From a bacterium (lineage in GTDB: Bacteria > Joyebacterota > Joyebacteria > Joyebacterales > Joyebacteraceae), in NCBI GenBank assembly GCA_025774245.1, contig JALGWI010000032.1, forward strand, positions 226-64,225: DNA of 64,000 nt, in the 5' to 3' direction. The notes under the pieces are model-generated. The model saw nothing but the letters and a program-made list of their open reading frames with translations. It did not search any database and was not told the origin of the DNA. Position 1 is the stretch's first letter. The number at the start of each line of letters is the position of its first letter. Position numbers and translations under genes: made by a program. This document shows positions 28,967-39,274 of this stretch, piece after piece.

Positions 28967-30304
28967 TCACTCTTCGTCCGACGGTGTGGCCGGAGGAACG
29001 CCGTCCCAGCGGGCCGTGCGCTCCCGGACCTCCCTCTCGTAACCACTCTCACCGGGTCTGTAGTAGACCCGCTCGCTCGGCAGATACTCCTGCGTGCGTC
29101 CGTGCGCCTCCGACTCGGGCATGTCGTAGCCCTCGCCGTGGCCGAGCCGCCCGGCGCCAGCGTAGCTCGCGTCCCGGAGGTGCTCCGGAACCTCGAACGC
29201 CGTCCCGCTCTCCACGTCCGCGACGGCCGCGCCGATCGCGTCGGCTGCCGTCCTGCTCTTCGGGGCCGTCGCCAGGTAGACCGCCGCCTCGGCGAGCGCG
29301 TACCTCGCCTCCGGCATCCCGAGCATCTCGGCGGCTCTCGCGGCTGCGACCGCGAGCGGAAGCGCGCGGGGATCCGCCAGCCCGATGTCCTCCGAGGCTG
29401 CGATCACGAGCCTCCTGGCGATGAACCTCGGATCCTCGCCCCCGACGATCATCCTCGCGAGCCAGTGGAGGGCGGCGTCGGGCGAGGAGCCGCGGATGCT
29501 CTTGATGAGCGCCGAGGCCACGTCGTAGTGCGAATCGCCGTCCCGGTCGTACCGCACGACCCGCCTCGTCAGGCACTCGCCGGCCGCCTCGATGCCGATT
29601 CTGATGAGCCCGTTCCTGTCGGGCGGCGTCGAGAGAACGGCCAGCTCGAGCGCCGCGAGGGCCTTCCTGGCGTCGCCGAGCGAGTTCGCCGCCAGGTAGT
29701 CGAGCGCGTCGTCCGAGATCTCGATCCGATACTCCGTGAGGCCCTTCTCCGGGTCGACGAGGGCGCGCTCGAGAATCGTCCGCACGCTCTCCTCGCTCAG
29801 GGGACCCAGCTCGAAGACCTGGACCCTCGAGAGGAGCGCGTTGTTCAGGTAGAAGAACGGGTTCTCGACCGTCGCCCCGATCATCGTCACCACGTCGTCC
29901 TCGAGGGGCGCCAGGAGTACGTCCTGCTGCGCCTTGTTGAACCGGTGCACCTCGTCGATGAAGAGGATCGTCCGTCTGGGCATCCTCAGCTTCGCCTGCT
30001 GGACGGCCCGCCTGAGGTCGGGGACTCCGGCCTCGACGGCGTTCATCATGACGAGGACCGACGTCGTCGCTCCCGCGACGACGTGGCCGAGCGAGGTCTT
30101 GCCGGTTCCCGGCGGCCCGTAGAGGATCATCGAGAAGAGGCGGTCGGTCTCGATCGCGCGCCGGAGGAGCCTCCCGGGAGCCAGGATGTGCTCCTGACCG
30201 ACGTACTCCTCGAGGCGCGTCGGCCGGAGCCTCCGCGCCAGCGGCACGAGGACCCGCTCCTCCTGCGGGAACAGGCTTCCGGTCTCCTCCGACAGGATCT
30301 GCAA
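28967..30304 (-). CDS. rarA: Replication-associated recombination protein A (AAA+ ATPase)
   Basis: Walker A GPPGTGKTS, Walker B ILFIDEVH, RarA-specific C-terminal domains. TTG start with GGAGGGG 6 nt upstream gives an N-terminus matching the E. coli RarA length (the ORF's GTG at 30343 is the alternative). Confidence 0.85.
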   Translation of the reverse strand: MQILSEETGSLFPQEERVLVPLARRLRPTRLEEYVGQEHILAPGRLLRRAIETDRLFSMILYGPPGTGKTSLGHVVAGATTSVLVMMNAVEAGVPDLRRAVQQAKLRMPRRTILFIDEVHRFNKAQQDVLLAPLEDDVVTMIGATVENPFFYLNNALLSRVQVFELGPLSEESVRTILERALVDPEKGLTEYRIEISDDALDYLAANSLGDARKALAALELAVLSTPPDRNGLIRIGIEAAGECLTRRVVRYDRDGDSHYDVASALIKSIRGSSPDAALHWLARMIVGGEDPRFIARRLVIAASEDIGLADPRALPLAVAAARAAEMLGMPEARYALAEAAVYLATAPKSRTAADAIGAAVADVESGTAFEVPEHLRDASYAGAGRLGHGEGYDMPESEAHGRTQEYLPSERVYYRPGESGYEREVRERTARWDGVPPATPSDEE

Positions 30305-30404
30305 TGAATGCCCCTCCGCGCGATCCACGGGGAGCGCCCTCACGGGCGCGTGACCGCGAGGTCGCGCGTCGTCCGTAACAAGTGTGATGCGGATAGCCGG
30401 ATCT

Positions 30405-30426
30405 CCTTCCCCCGATTGGGGGAAGG
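30405..30426 (-). terminator. Perfect 9-bp hairpin (CCTTCCCCC-GATT-GGGGGAAGG) between zapA and rarA
   Basis: Followed by a second 8-bp inverted repeat AGGCGCTC/GAGCGCCT; likely terminator/attenuator. Confidence 0.4.
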
Positions 30427-30499
30427 CGTGTCGGGGTCGTTCGTCGGGAAGGGGCAGGCGCTCCCTGCGAGCGCCTCCTGGCCGGGTGCGCGGTTCGTC

Positions 30500-30862
30500 C
30501 TACTCGCCCAGCTCCGTGTCGATGGCCTGCGTCAGCTCTTCCGCGCGCTCCTGCACCTGTGCGAGGAGTCTGTTCCTGTCGTCGCGCTCTCCGAAGAGCT
30601 CGCCGGCGATGTTCAGTGCCGCGAGGATGGCCACCTTGAGCGACGACCCGAGGGCCGTCTCGTGGGTCACCTCGCGCATCTTGCTGTCTACGTAGTGGGC
30701 GATCTCCTGGATACGCTCGGGATCGGCCTCCCCGCGTATCCGGTACTCCGAACCGTATATCTCAACCTTGACACTCGTCATACCGTCGAAGTCCGTAAGT
30801 TCAGGTTCGGTCTCCGGTAGACTTCCAAGGTCGGTTTCCTGGCGCTTCCGTCCCATGATCAT
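30500..30862 (-). CDS. zapA: Cell division protein ZapA
   Basis: VKVEIYGSEYRIRGE...AHYVDSKMREV...LKVAILAALNIAGEL. Start ambiguous: ATG at 30862 (120 aa) or internal ATG at 30781 (94 aa, typical ZapA length). Confidence 0.75.
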   Translation of the reverse strand: MIMGRKRQETDLGSLPETEPELTDFDGMTSVKVEIYGSEYRIRGEADPERIQEIAHYVDSKMREVTHETALGSSLKVAILAALNIAGELFGERDDRNRLLAQVQERAEELTQAIDTELGE

Positions 30863-30904
30863 CCCGCGGTCCCTGCCGTTCCCCGATCAACAGACTCGAT
30901 AGGC

Positions 30905-31138
30905 CTAGGTCATCTTGCCGACGATCGACTCGAGCCTGGCCTCTATCCGCTTCCTCGTCCTGGAATCCACCTTCTCGCCCGACACGACCTTCCTGATCTG
31001 GCCGGCGAGATCGTCCAGCTCCTTTCCGAAAGCCCGGAGACGTTCCGAGAGCTCCACGTTCTCGGTCTTGAGCCTGCTGAGTTCATCCACGGCCCTGCCG
31101 ACCGATTCCTCGAGCTCGTCCAGTCCGGGCAGTTGCAT
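30905..31138 (-). CDS. Small coiled-coil protein (ZapB-like) immediately upstream of zapA
   Basis: 77 aa, heptad-rich (LDELEESVGRAVDELSRLKTENVELSERLRAFGKELDDLAGQIRK); position between pheT and zapA. Confidence 0.45.
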   Translation of the reverse strand: MQLPGLDELEESVGRAVDELSRLKTENVELSERLRAFGKELDDLAGQIRKVVSGEKVDSRTRKRIEARLESIVGKMT

Positions 31139-31176
31139 CAGCCAGTCTTCCAGTCCAGCAATGCCCCCGAAGGAGG

Positions 31177-33564
31177 CTACTCACGGAGCGACGCGCCGAA
31201 CTTCTCGACGAGGCGGGCCACGATCCGCGCCTGAGCCTCGTCCACCTCCGCGTCCGTCAGCGTGCGCTCCCGCGACATGTACGTCAGTGTGAAACCAATG
31301 CTCTTCTTCCCGCCGGGAACCTGCTTCCCCCGGTAGACGTCGAACACGTCGACGCCGGTGAGGAGCGGTTCCTCTGACGAGTCGATCTCCCCCAGGATGT
31401 TCCCGGCGCTCGTCCGCTCGTCGACCACGAGCGCGACGTCCCGCCGCGCCTTCGGATAGCGCGGCAGGTCGGCGAACGTCCCCGTCGCGGCGAGGAGCCC
31501 TACCAGCGGGTCGAGCTCGATGTCGAAGACGAAGACGGACGGCGGCAGATCGCGCGCCTCGATGACCTTCGGCGACAACATGCCGAACGCCCCGACGTCG
31601 CGACCCCCGGCGAGAAGCCGCGCGGCGGCGGTCCCGTCGAGCGCCGAGCCATCGTAGCAGGCGGTCCCGAGGCTGTCAACACTGAGGGCTTCCCCGAGCG
31701 CCCAGAGAACCCCCTTGCCGTCGTAGAAATCGACCGGCCGGGCCTGGCGGTCCCACGCGGGCGGCTCGGCCGCTCCGGCCAGGGCCCCCGCGAGCATCCA
31801 TCGCTCGTCTGCGCCTTCGCCTGCCCTCCGGAAGACCTTCCCGATCTCGAAGATCCTGATGTCGCCCTCGCCGACGTTGGCGTTCCGACGGACGACGTCC
31901 AGGAGCGACGGGAGGATCGACGTCCGGAGAAGCGGCATCTCCTTGTTCATGGGGTTCGCCAGCTCGATCGCCTCGTCCCCGGTCGACTCGCCCAGTTTCT
32001 CGAGCGCGTCCCGTTCCATGAATGACGACGTCAGGATCTCGTGGAACCCGAGGCCCACGACGGCCTCGCGCACGGCGTCCCTCGCCGCCCTCGCCGGATC
32101 GGTCGTGACCGCGATCGAGTGGAACGGCACCTCCGGCCGGATCTTGTCGTAGCCGTCGACCCTCGCGACCTCCTCGATCAGGTCGGCCTCGAGCCGGACG
32201 TCGTGCCGGAACGAGGGAACCTCCACGCGGAGCGAGTCGTCGGGGCCGTCGGACACGCCGAATCCAAGGCTCGCAAGCTCGGCCGCGGCCTTCTCCTTCG
32301 GGGGCCCCGGGGCGAGCATCGACTCGAGCTTCTCCATGTGAAGCTCGATCGTCGTCGCCGGCGCCTTCCACGACCCGGCGTCGACGATCCCCCTGGCGAC
32401 CTTCCCTTGCGCCAGCTCGTTCATGAGCGCGCACGCGCGCGCGGCGACGAGCTCCATCGCGAGCGGATCGACGCCACGCTCGAAGCGCTGGCTCGCGTCG
32501 GTCCGAATCCCGAGGTCCTGCGCGCCGCGCCGGACCACCACGGGATCGAACCACGCGCATTCGAGGAGGACGTTCTTCGTGCTGTCTCCGACCTCGGTCC
32601 CGCCTCCGCCCATCACGCCGGCGGCGGCGACGGGTCCCCGCCCGTCGCAGATCAGCAGATGCTTCGGGGAGAGCTCGCGCTCGACGCCGTCGAGCGTCGT
32701 GAGGCGCTCCCCCGCCGTCGCCCGGCGGACGACGATCCGGTGCTCCCTCACGGTGTCGTAGTCGAACGCGTGGATCGGGTGGCCGAACTCGAGCATCACG
32801 AAGTTCGTGACGTCGACGACGTTGCTGATGCTCCGGAGGCCGACGCTCTCGAGCCTGGTTCGGAGCCAGGCCGGCGACGGTCCGATCTCGACGTCGGAGA
32901 TGACCCGGGCGATGTAGCGCGGGCAGTCCTGAACGTCCTCGATCTCGACCGCCGCGAGCTCGGGCGCCCCGGGATCGACCTCGGTGAGGTCGACCTCGGG
33001 AATCCTGAGCTTCGATCCGACGGCGGCGGCCACCTCGCGCGCGATCCCGATGATCCCGAGGCAGTCGGGCCGGTTCGGCTGGACGTCGACGTCGATCACC
33101 TCGTCGTCGAGTCCGAGGATCCCGCGCACGTCGGTCCCCACCTCGACCGCGGCCTCGAACTCGAGGATGCCGTCCGAGTGCTCCTCGAGACCGAGTTCCC
33201 TCGCCGAGACGAGCATCCCGTGGGACCTCCGCCCCCGGAGCGTGACCTCCTCGACCTTCCTGCCGCCGGCGATCACGGCGCCTGGGACCGCCAGGGCCGA
33301 CATCATGCCGGGCTTGACGTTCGGGGCGCCGCACACGACCGTCGACGAACCCGCTCCCCAGTCGACGACACAGACGGAGAGCCTGTCGGCGTCCGGGTGC
33401 CGGTCGACGGTGATCACCTTCGCCGCCACGACGCCCGTGATGTCGCTCCCCGCGGACTCGACCACCTCGGTCTCGGTAAGCTGCTCGGTGAGCCGTCTGG
33501 CGAGGTCGGCCGCCGAGAGGTCGAAGTCGACGTAGTCCCTCAGCCACCTGAGACTGACCTTCAT
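31177..33564 (-). CDS. pheT: Phenylalanine--tRNA ligase beta subunit
   Basis: 795 aa from ATG at ORF residue 115 with GGAAGGG upstream; MKVSLRWLRDYVD start; tRNA-binding, B3/B4, B5, FDX-ACB domains. Confidence 0.93.
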   Translation of the reverse strand: MKVSLRWLRDYVDFDLSAADLARRLTEQLTETEVVESAGSDITGVVAAKVITVDRHPDADRLSVCVVDWGAGSSTVVCGAPNVKPGMMSALAVPGAVIAGGRKVEEVTLRGRRSHGMLVSARELGLEEHSDGILEFEAAVEVGTDVRGILGLDDEVIDVDVQPNRPDCLGIIGIAREVAAAVGSKLRIPEVDLTEVDPGAPELAAVEIEDVQDCPRYIARVISDVEIGPSPAWLRTRLESVGLRSISNVVDVTNFVMLEFGHPIHAFDYDTVREHRIVVRRATAGERLTTLDGVERELSPKHLLICDGRGPVAAAGVMGGGGTEVGDSTKNVLLECAWFDPVVVRRGAQDLGIRTDASQRFERGVDPLAMELVAARACALMNELAQGKVARGIVDAGSWKAPATTIELHMEKLESMLAPGPPKEKAAAELASLGFGVSDGPDDSLRVEVPSFRHDVRLEADLIEEVARVDGYDKIRPEVPFHSIAVTTDPARAARDAVREAVVGLGFHEILTSSFMERDALEKLGESTGDEAIELANPMNKEMPLLRTSILPSLLDVVRRNANVGEGDIRIFEIGKVFRRAGEGADERWMLAGALAGAAEPPAWDRQARPVDFYDGKGVLWALGEALSVDSLGTACYDGSALDGTAAARLLAGGRDVGAFGMLSPKVIEARDLPPSVFVFDIELDPLVGLLAATGTFADLPRYPKARRDVALVVDERTSAGNILGEIDSSEEPLLTGVDVFDVYRGKQVPGGKKSIGFTLTYMSRERTLTDAEVDEAQARIVARLVEKFGASLRE

Positions 33565-33671
33565 GCGTCGCCCTTCCGTGAATCGCGTTCCCTGGATCGC
33601 CTTCCGCGAATCGTCCCGCCCGAACCGCCGCGGCCGAGCCGCTGAAGAGGCCCGCGGTCGGTCGCTTCCGA

Positions 33672-34682
33672 CTAGACCTGCCGGAGGAACCTGAGGTCGT
33701 TCTCGTGGTAGAGCCTGATGTCGTTCACCCCGCACATCATCATGTGGATGCGGTCGACGCCGAGGCCGAAGGCGTAGCCGGTGTAGACGTCGGGATCGTA
33801 CCCGACGGCCTCGAAGACCCGGGGGTCGACCATGCCGGCGCCCAGGAGCTCGACCCAGCCGGTGTTCTTGCAGACGGGGCAGCCCCGGCCATGGCAGATG
33901 CGGCACTCGATGTCGACCTCGGTCGAGGGCTCGGTGAACGGGAAGAAGCCGGGGCGGAACCTCACGGCGATCGCTTCGCCGTAGAGCTCGCCCAGGAACT
34001 TCGTCAGGACCCCCATGAGCTCACCGAATCGGACGCCCCGGTCCACGTAGAGGCCCTCGAGCTGGTAGAACTCGGAGCCGTGCGAGGCGTCGGGCGTCTC
34101 GTTCCTGTAGACCCTGCCCGGGGCGATGATCCTGACAGGAGGCTTCCGCGACTTCATCGTGCGGATCTGGACCGGCGACGTGTGGGTCCTCAAGAGCCTG
34201 TCGCCGTCGATGTAGAAGGTGTCGTGCATGTCCCGCGCGGGATGGTCGGGGGGGATGTTCAGCGCCTCGAAGTTGTGGAAGTCGTCCTCGATGTGCGGCC
34301 CCGTGGCCACCTCGAACCCGAGGCCCGCGAAGATCGATTCGAGCCGCTCGAGCGTGCGCGTGATCGGGTGCTTTCCCCCGACCCACGGGCGCCTGCCCGG
34401 GAGCGTGAGATCGACTGACGACGCGGCGCCTCCTGCGGCGGCCTCGAGACGGTCGGTCGCGGCCGTCAGATGCGCCGCGAGCTCGTTCTTGATCTCGTTG
34501 ACCGCGCGCCCGACGGCGCGCCGCTCGTCCTCCGGAAGGTCCTTGAGGCCTCGCGAAGCCTGGTTGAGCTCGCTCTTTCTCCCGAGGTAGCGGACCCTCG
34601 CCTCCTCGAGCTCCTGCGGAGACGCGGCCCCGTCGAAGGCCGCGACCGCCTCGCCCCTGAGTTCCTTCAGCCGCTCGATCAC
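33672..34682 (-). CDS. pheS: Phenylalanine--tRNA ligase alpha subunit
   Basis: 336 aa; class II motifs (..FRPGFFPFTEPS.., GLGVDR). GTG start with GGAGGA upstream; the upstream 135 aa of the ORF are non-coding overprint. Confidence 0.92.
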   Translation of the reverse strand: MIERLKELRGEAVAAFDGAASPQELEEARVRYLGRKSELNQASRGLKDLPEDERRAVGRAVNEIKNELAAHLTAATDRLEAAAGGAASSVDLTLPGRRPWVGGKHPITRTLERLESIFAGLGFEVATGPHIEDDFHNFEALNIPPDHPARDMHDTFYIDGDRLLRTHTSPVQIRTMKSRKPPVRIIAPGRVYRNETPDASHGSEFYQLEGLYVDRGVRFGELMGVLTKFLGELYGEAIAVRFRPGFFPFTEPSTEVDIECRICHGRGCPVCKNTGWVELLGAGMVDPRVFEAVGYDPDVYTGYAFGLGVDRIHMMMCGVNDIRLYHENDLRFLRQV

Positions 34683-34699
34683 TGGTCCTCCGCTCGGAG

Positions 34700-35056
34700 C
34701 TACTCGACGTCCCCCTTCGCGACCGACACGAGCTTCGCAAAGCCGTCGGCGTCGCTCAGCGCCATCTCGGCGAGCATCTTCCGGTCGATCTCGACGTTGG
34801 CTTCCCTCAGGCCGTGCATGAACCGGCTGTACGACATCCCGTGCAGCCTCGTGCCGGCGTTGATCCGCACGATCCACAACCGCCGCATGTCCCCCTTGCG
34901 CGCCCGCCGGTCCCTGTATGCGAACTGCCCCGCGCGATGCACGCTCTCGGTCGCCGACCTGATGAGGTTCTTGCGCCCACCGCGGTAGCCCTTCGCGGCC
35001 TTCAGTATCTTCTTGCGTCTCCGCTTCGATGCCGGAGCGCATCTGACCCTGGCCAT
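34700..35056 (-). CDS. rplT: 50S ribosomal protein L20
   Basis: [19 protein letters not shown]...; 118 aa. Confidence 0.95.
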   Translation of the reverse strand: MARVRCAPASKRRRKKILKAAKGYRGGRKNLIRSATESVHRAGQFAYRDRRARKGDMRRLWIVRINAGTRLHGMSYSRFMHGLREANVEIDRKMLAEMALSDADGFAKLVSVAKGDVE

Positions 35057-35089
35057 TCCTCTCGTCTCCCTTTCGTTCTCGGTCCACGC

Positions 35090-35284
35090 CTACTTCGGCA
35101 ACATCCTCTCGATGCGCGGCTGGTCCGCCTTGTGGACGTAGGCGGATTTCCGGAGGTTCCGCTTCTGGCGCCCGCTCTTGCGGACGAAGAAGTGGCTCGT
35201 GTAGGCCTTGAAGCGTCTGATCTTCCCGCTACTCGTGCGCTTGAACCTCTTTGCTGCTCCCCTGTGCGTCTTGATCTTTGGCAT
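35090..35284 (-). CDS. rpmI: 50S ribosomal protein L35
   Basis: [17 protein letters not shown]...; ATG at the 6th codon of the ORF (the GTG-initiated MGAKR extension is unlikely). Confidence 0.9.
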   Translation of the reverse strand: MPKIKTHRGAAKRFKRTSSGKIRRFKAYTSHFFVRKSGRQKRNLRKSAYVHKADQPRIERMLPK

Positions 35285-35828
35285 CCTCTTCGCCCCCACG
35301 CTCCTTGATCTTGTGGCCCGGCTTCGGAGAGAGGACCATTGTCATGCTCCTCCCCTCGCTTCTGATCGCCACCTCGACGTTCGCGATGTCGTCGAGATCC
35401 ACGACCATCCTGTCGAGAAGGCGCCTTCCGAGCTCCTTGTGGGCCAGCTCACGTCCCCTGAAGATGACGGTCGCCTTGACCTTGTCACCCTCGTCGAGGA
35501 ACTCGCGAGCGTGGCGAGTCTTGAAATCGTAGTCGTGCGGTTCGATCTTCGGGCGCATCTTGATCTCCTTCAGATGCGTCACGTGCTGCCGCTTCCTCGC
35601 CTCCTTCGCCCGCTTGTTGAGCTGGTACATGTACTTCCCGTAGTCCATGATCTTGCAGACTGGCGGTCTCGCCTTCGGGGACACCTCGACGAGATCGAGG
35701 CCCCTCTCCTCCGCCAACGCCATTGCCTCGGCCGTCGGCAGAACCCCCACCTGAGTGCCGTCCGCGTCGATCACCCGCACCTGGGGAATTCGAATCCGCC
35801 TGTTGATGCGCGGGCTCTGTATTGCCAC
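35229..35828 (-). CDS. infC: Translation initiation factor IF-3
   Basis: [19 protein letters not shown]...[14 protein letters not shown]...MTMVLSPK. Start uncertain: GTG at 35828 with AAGGAGGT 4 nt upstream, or the adjacent ATA (IF-3 genes often use atypical starts). The C-terminus runs 27 aa past the usual end and overlaps rpmI by 56 nt. Confidence 0.85.
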   Translation of the reverse strand: MAIQSPRINRRIRIPQVRVIDADGTQVGVLPTAEAMALAEERGLDLVEVSPKARPPVCKIMDYGKYMYQLNKRAKEARKRQHVTHLKEIKMRPKIEPHDYDFKTRHAREFLDEGDKVKATVIFRGRELAHKELGRRLLDRMVVDLDDIANVEVAIRSEGRSMTMVLSPKPGHKIKERGGEEDAKDQDAQGSSKEVQAHE

Positions 35829-36077
35829 CTTACCTCCTTCCCGCGTGCCGGCTCGAGGGCCGGCGGCCGCGAACGAAGAACGGGATGCACCAGACGTGCA
35901 TCCCGTTCCCCGAACCGTCAGGAGACGAATCTCCTGCACCTGACAGTAGAACCTCTTCGGGTCTCGTATGAGCCCTCAAGGTGAGAAGCGGGATGCTTCT
36001 GCTTCGCAATGGCTCGTCTGACTCCACCGCCGTTCGCGCTGTCGCGACGGGTGTGTCTATCGCCTACGCTCCTGTTC

Positions 36078-36155
<78 letters not shown>

Positions 36156-36210
36156 ACGTACTGGACGGGGCCCTCCCCAAATGGAGGTCCCTATTCCTTC
36201 GATCCATCAG

Positions 36211-36239
36211 AATATACGAAACCCCGGAGGGCTGTCAAG
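36211..36239 (-). promoter_or_regulatory. Sigma70-type promoter for tRNA-Val (and possibly infC-rpmI-rplT-pheST)
   Basis: Minus strand TTGACA-N17-TATATT, about 50 nt upstream of the tRNA 5' end. Confidence 0.6.
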
Positions 36240-36352
36240 CGGGAACATCCGCCCCCCCCTGCGGCCCACTCTCCGACGGACCCCGACCCGTCCGAGAGGC
36301 CACGCCGCACGTTTGGCCCCGGAGGAGATGATCAAGACCCGCACGTGGATTC

Positions 36353-37597
36353 TCAGGTCCGCAGTTGCCAGATGAAGTATGCCAGGCCGACGGAGACGAG
36401 ATAAGCGTACTGCAGCCGGATGGCCTTGCGCGATCGCTCCGAGCCCTCCATTGCGAGGATGCCAGCGAGAATCGTCACCGGAACCACAGCCGACCAGTAT
36501 CTCTCCCACACCTGCGGCACGAGCAGAAGCTCGAGCGTCAGACCCGCCAGGCACAGCATCATGAACGCGATCGCCCGATTCCGGGTCGCCGCCCGGATCA
36601 GTCTCAGGATCGCCAGTGCTCCAAGGGCGACCAGCAGCACGCACACTGCAGCCGCGGGCAGGTGCCCGATCTTGGAAGCGACCAAGTTGAGAATGCTCTG
36701 CAGCGTCCCCTGCGGATTGGCCAGCGTCTGACCGGCCAGGTACAACCGGACCATGCTTTCGGCTGGAATCGCGACCAGCACCGTCGTAACTGCGGCTCCG
36801 GCAATCGTCAAGAGAGTTACGCGCCAGGAGAGCGCCACGACCGGGAGGTAGAACCCAATCAAGGCCAGGCCGAACAGCGGCTGGCCGAGGTTGAGGGCAA
36901 GCTCGTGGGACGAAGCGTAGTCTCTTGGAGGAGAGACGCCGCTCCACATGGCAAACAGAGCGCCGGCGGCCAGGAGAGCGATGACTCCTGCGAGCGTCAT
37001 CGGGTCACCGAGACGACCTCGAAGAGAGGACCTCGTTCGCCACGCCGCTATCAGGAACACTACGGGGAGAAACACCCACGTCTGCCGTGTCCACACTGCA
37101 GCCATCATGCAGGTTCCGGCCCCCAATCCGGCCAACCAGGGGGGCCGCAGTGCGCACAGGGCAACGACCGCCAGGACCGCCCAACACAACGACGGTACTT
37201 CAGTCATGGCCATCGTGCAGTACCAGAGGATCGCGGGGTGCAGGGCGATGACGATCGTGACCCACAGCGCTTGGGTCGATCGCAACCTCCTGCTGGCCAG
37301 CCAGTAGAGCCCCCACAGCGCGCCCACGCCCATGCTTGCGGTCAGGATCCTGGCCGCAGCGAGATCGGCTTTCGTCAACCCGGCGATTCCTGCCACCATG
37401 AAGTGATAGAGCGGGGGCGTTGCCGCCGGGGTCTTGTTCAACTCGAAGGCGGGGAACTGCTCACGAATCTGCTCGATCGTGTCGAGGTGGTAGTGCTCGT
37501 CGAAGTCAAGCGGAGCATCAAGACCCCGAAGTAACAGAGCAAGAAGCACGATCGCGGGCAGGAATGCGGCAGCGGCCAGGTCGTTTCTTCTAGTCAT
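36353..37597 (-). CDS. Polytopic GT-C-fold glycosyltransferase (ArnT/PMT/GT39-GT83-like)
   Basis: 414 aa from internal ATG; about 10-11 TM helices, Arg/aromatic-rich loops. No soluble catalytic motif recognised; family call by architecture only. Confidence 0.5.
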   Translation of the reverse strand: MTRRNDLAAAAFLPAIVLLALLLRGLDAPLDFDEHYHLDTIEQIREQFPAFELNKTPAATPPLYHFMVAGIAGLTKADLAAARILTASMGVGALWGLYWLASRRLRSTQALWVTIVIALHPAILWYCTMAMTEVPSLCWAVLAVVALCALRPPWLAGLGAGTCMMAAVWTRQTWVFLPVVFLIAAWRTRSSLRGRLGDPMTLAGVIALLAAGALFAMWSGVSPPRDYASSHELALNLGQPLFGLALIGFYLPVVALSWRVTLLTIAGAAVTTVLVAIPAESMVRLYLAGQTLANPQGTLQSILNLVASKIGHLPAAAVCVLLVALGALAILRLIRAATRNRAIAFMMLCLAGLTLELLLVPQVWERYWSAVVPVTILAGILAMEGSERSRKAIRLQYAYLVSVGLAYFIWQLRT

Positions 37598-37856
37598 GAC
37601 GAGCCTCACCGCGTCGATGACCCGAGTGCACAAACCGCAATGAGCACGGCGGCTCAGTAGCAGATGGTGCCGTCTCCATCGGATCCTGCCGTTCCCATCA
37701 AGGACCGAGTCGGAGGCCTCGTCGGTGGAGTCTGGGGACGTCTTCTGCTGGGAGTGCCCCGGGAGACACCAGGGCTCAGGAGGCTTGCCGCTTCCGCGGC
37801 TCCGTCGCCGGGCCACCCGGCGATCCGAGGCTGCCCCCGGGGGAGGCACTGGAGAG

Positions 37857-39272
37857 CTACCTGCCTCCCGAACGTATCCCCACCACCCGGATCTCGGTCA
37901 TCTCCTCGATGGCGTACTTCGGGCCCTCCCGGCCGAGGCCGCTGTCCTTCTCCCCGCCGTAGGGCATGAGATCGACCCGGAAGGTCGGGACGTCGTTCAC
38001 CATGACCCCGCCGCACCGGATCTCCCGGGCCGCCCGGAGGGCGTCGTCGAGCCGGTCGGTGTAGATCCCGGCCTGGAGGCCGTACCGCGAGGCGTTGACG
38101 GCCCCGATCGCCTCGTCGAGGGTCCCGAACGGTCGGACGGCGATCACGGGCGCGAACGCCTCGTCCTTCCAGACGCGGGCCTCGTCGGGGACCCCGGTCA
38201 GGATCGTCGGCTCGACGAGGGCGCCCTCGCGCCCGCCGCCGACGGCGAGCCCTGCGCCCATCGCCCGCGCCTCCTCGATCCAGCTCTCGGCGCGCTCGGC
38301 CTCGTTCTCCTCGATCATGGGACCGACGTCGGTCTCCTGGAGGAGCTGGTCGCCGAGACGGAGCGACCGGGTGACCTCCACGGCGCGCTCGAGGAAGCGG
38401 CCCAGCACGCTCTCCTCCACGAGCACCCGCTGGACCGAGATGCAGACCTGCCCCGCGACCGCGAAGCCCCCCCTCACGCAGCGCTCCGCCGCCGTCTCGA
38501 CGTCGCAGCGGTCCGTGACGATGACCGCGGAGTTCGCCCCCAGCTCCATCGCGGTCTTCTTGAGCCCGGCGCGCGACATGATCGCCTTCCCGACCTCGAC
38601 GCTTCCGGTGAACGTCACCATCCGCGGGACCGGGCTTCCGACGAGCCTGTCGCCCACCGTCCTCCCTGAGCCCGTGATCACCGAGAGCGCCTCGGGCGGC
38701 AGCCCCGCCTCGTAGAGGATCTTCCCGAAAGCGATGTCGGTGAGGGGGGTGACGGTGGCGGGCTTCAGGATCACCGCGTTCCCCGCGGCGAACGCGGGCG
38801 CGATCTTGTGGGCGGCGAGGTTGACGGGGAAGTTGAACGGCGTGATGGCGACGACCACCCCGACGGGGACGCGCAGGAAGAACCCGAAACGGCCCTTGCC
38901 GGTCGGGGCGCCGTCGAAGGGCACGATCTCCCCCGCGAGCCGCCGCGCCTCCTCGGCCGAGACGGCGAGCGTCTGCACCGTGCGCGAGATCTCGCCACGG
39001 GCCTCCCGGATCGTCTTCCCCACCTCGGACGCCATCGTCCGGGCCAGGTCCTCGATGCGGTCGCCGACGAGCCGCGACGCCCGGGACAGGATCTCCGCCC
39101 GGTCGAACCGGCTCATGCGCTCCATAATGCGCGCGCCCTCGACCGCGATCGAGAGCGCCTCGTCTACCTGGCTCTCTGTGGCCGACGGGACCGTTCCGAC
39201 CTCGGAACCGTCGAACGGATTGAGGACGGGGATCTCCTGCTCGCCCGCGACCTCCCGCCCGCCGATCAGCAT
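37857..39272 (-). CDS. NAD(P)-dependent aldehyde dehydrogenase
   Basis: 471 aa; ALDH Glu (MELGANS) and catalytic Cys region (GQVCIS), G-x-x-x-G NAD motif (FTGSVEVG); start 2 nt after the upstream gene's stop. Confidence 0.85.
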   Translation of the reverse strand: MLIGGREVAGEQEIPVLNPFDGSEVGTVPSATESQVDEALSIAVEGARIMERMSRFDRAEILSRASRLVGDRIEDLARTMASEVGKTIREARGEISRTVQTLAVSAEEARRLAGEIVPFDGAPTGKGRFGFFLRVPVGVVVAITPFNFPVNLAAHKIAPAFAAGNAVILKPATVTPLTDIAFGKILYEAGLPPEALSVITGSGRTVGDRLVGSPVPRMVTFTGSVEVGKAIMSRAGLKKTAMELGANSAVIVTDRCDVETAAERCVRGGFAVAGQVCISVQRVLVEESVLGRFLERAVEVTRSLRLGDQLLQETDVGPMIEENEAERAESWIEEARAMGAGLAVGGGREGALVEPTILTGVPDEARVWKDEAFAPVIAVRPFGTLDEAIGAVNASRYGLQAGIYTDRLDDALRAAREIRCGGVMVNDVPTFRVDLMPYGGEKDSGLGREGPKYAIEEMTEIRVVGIRSGGR

Positions 39273-39274
39273 CT

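Noticed and set aside
27765-30307. 425-aa and 458-aa plus-strand ORFs
   Set aside because: Antisense to rny and rarA respectively.
33565-33906. 114-aa extensions upstream of pheT, and similar extensions before pheS, manC-like, glgA, GT4 at 50723 and ALDH
   Set aside because: No homology, Arg/Pro-rich, and the conserved N-termini with RBSs begin at internal start codons.
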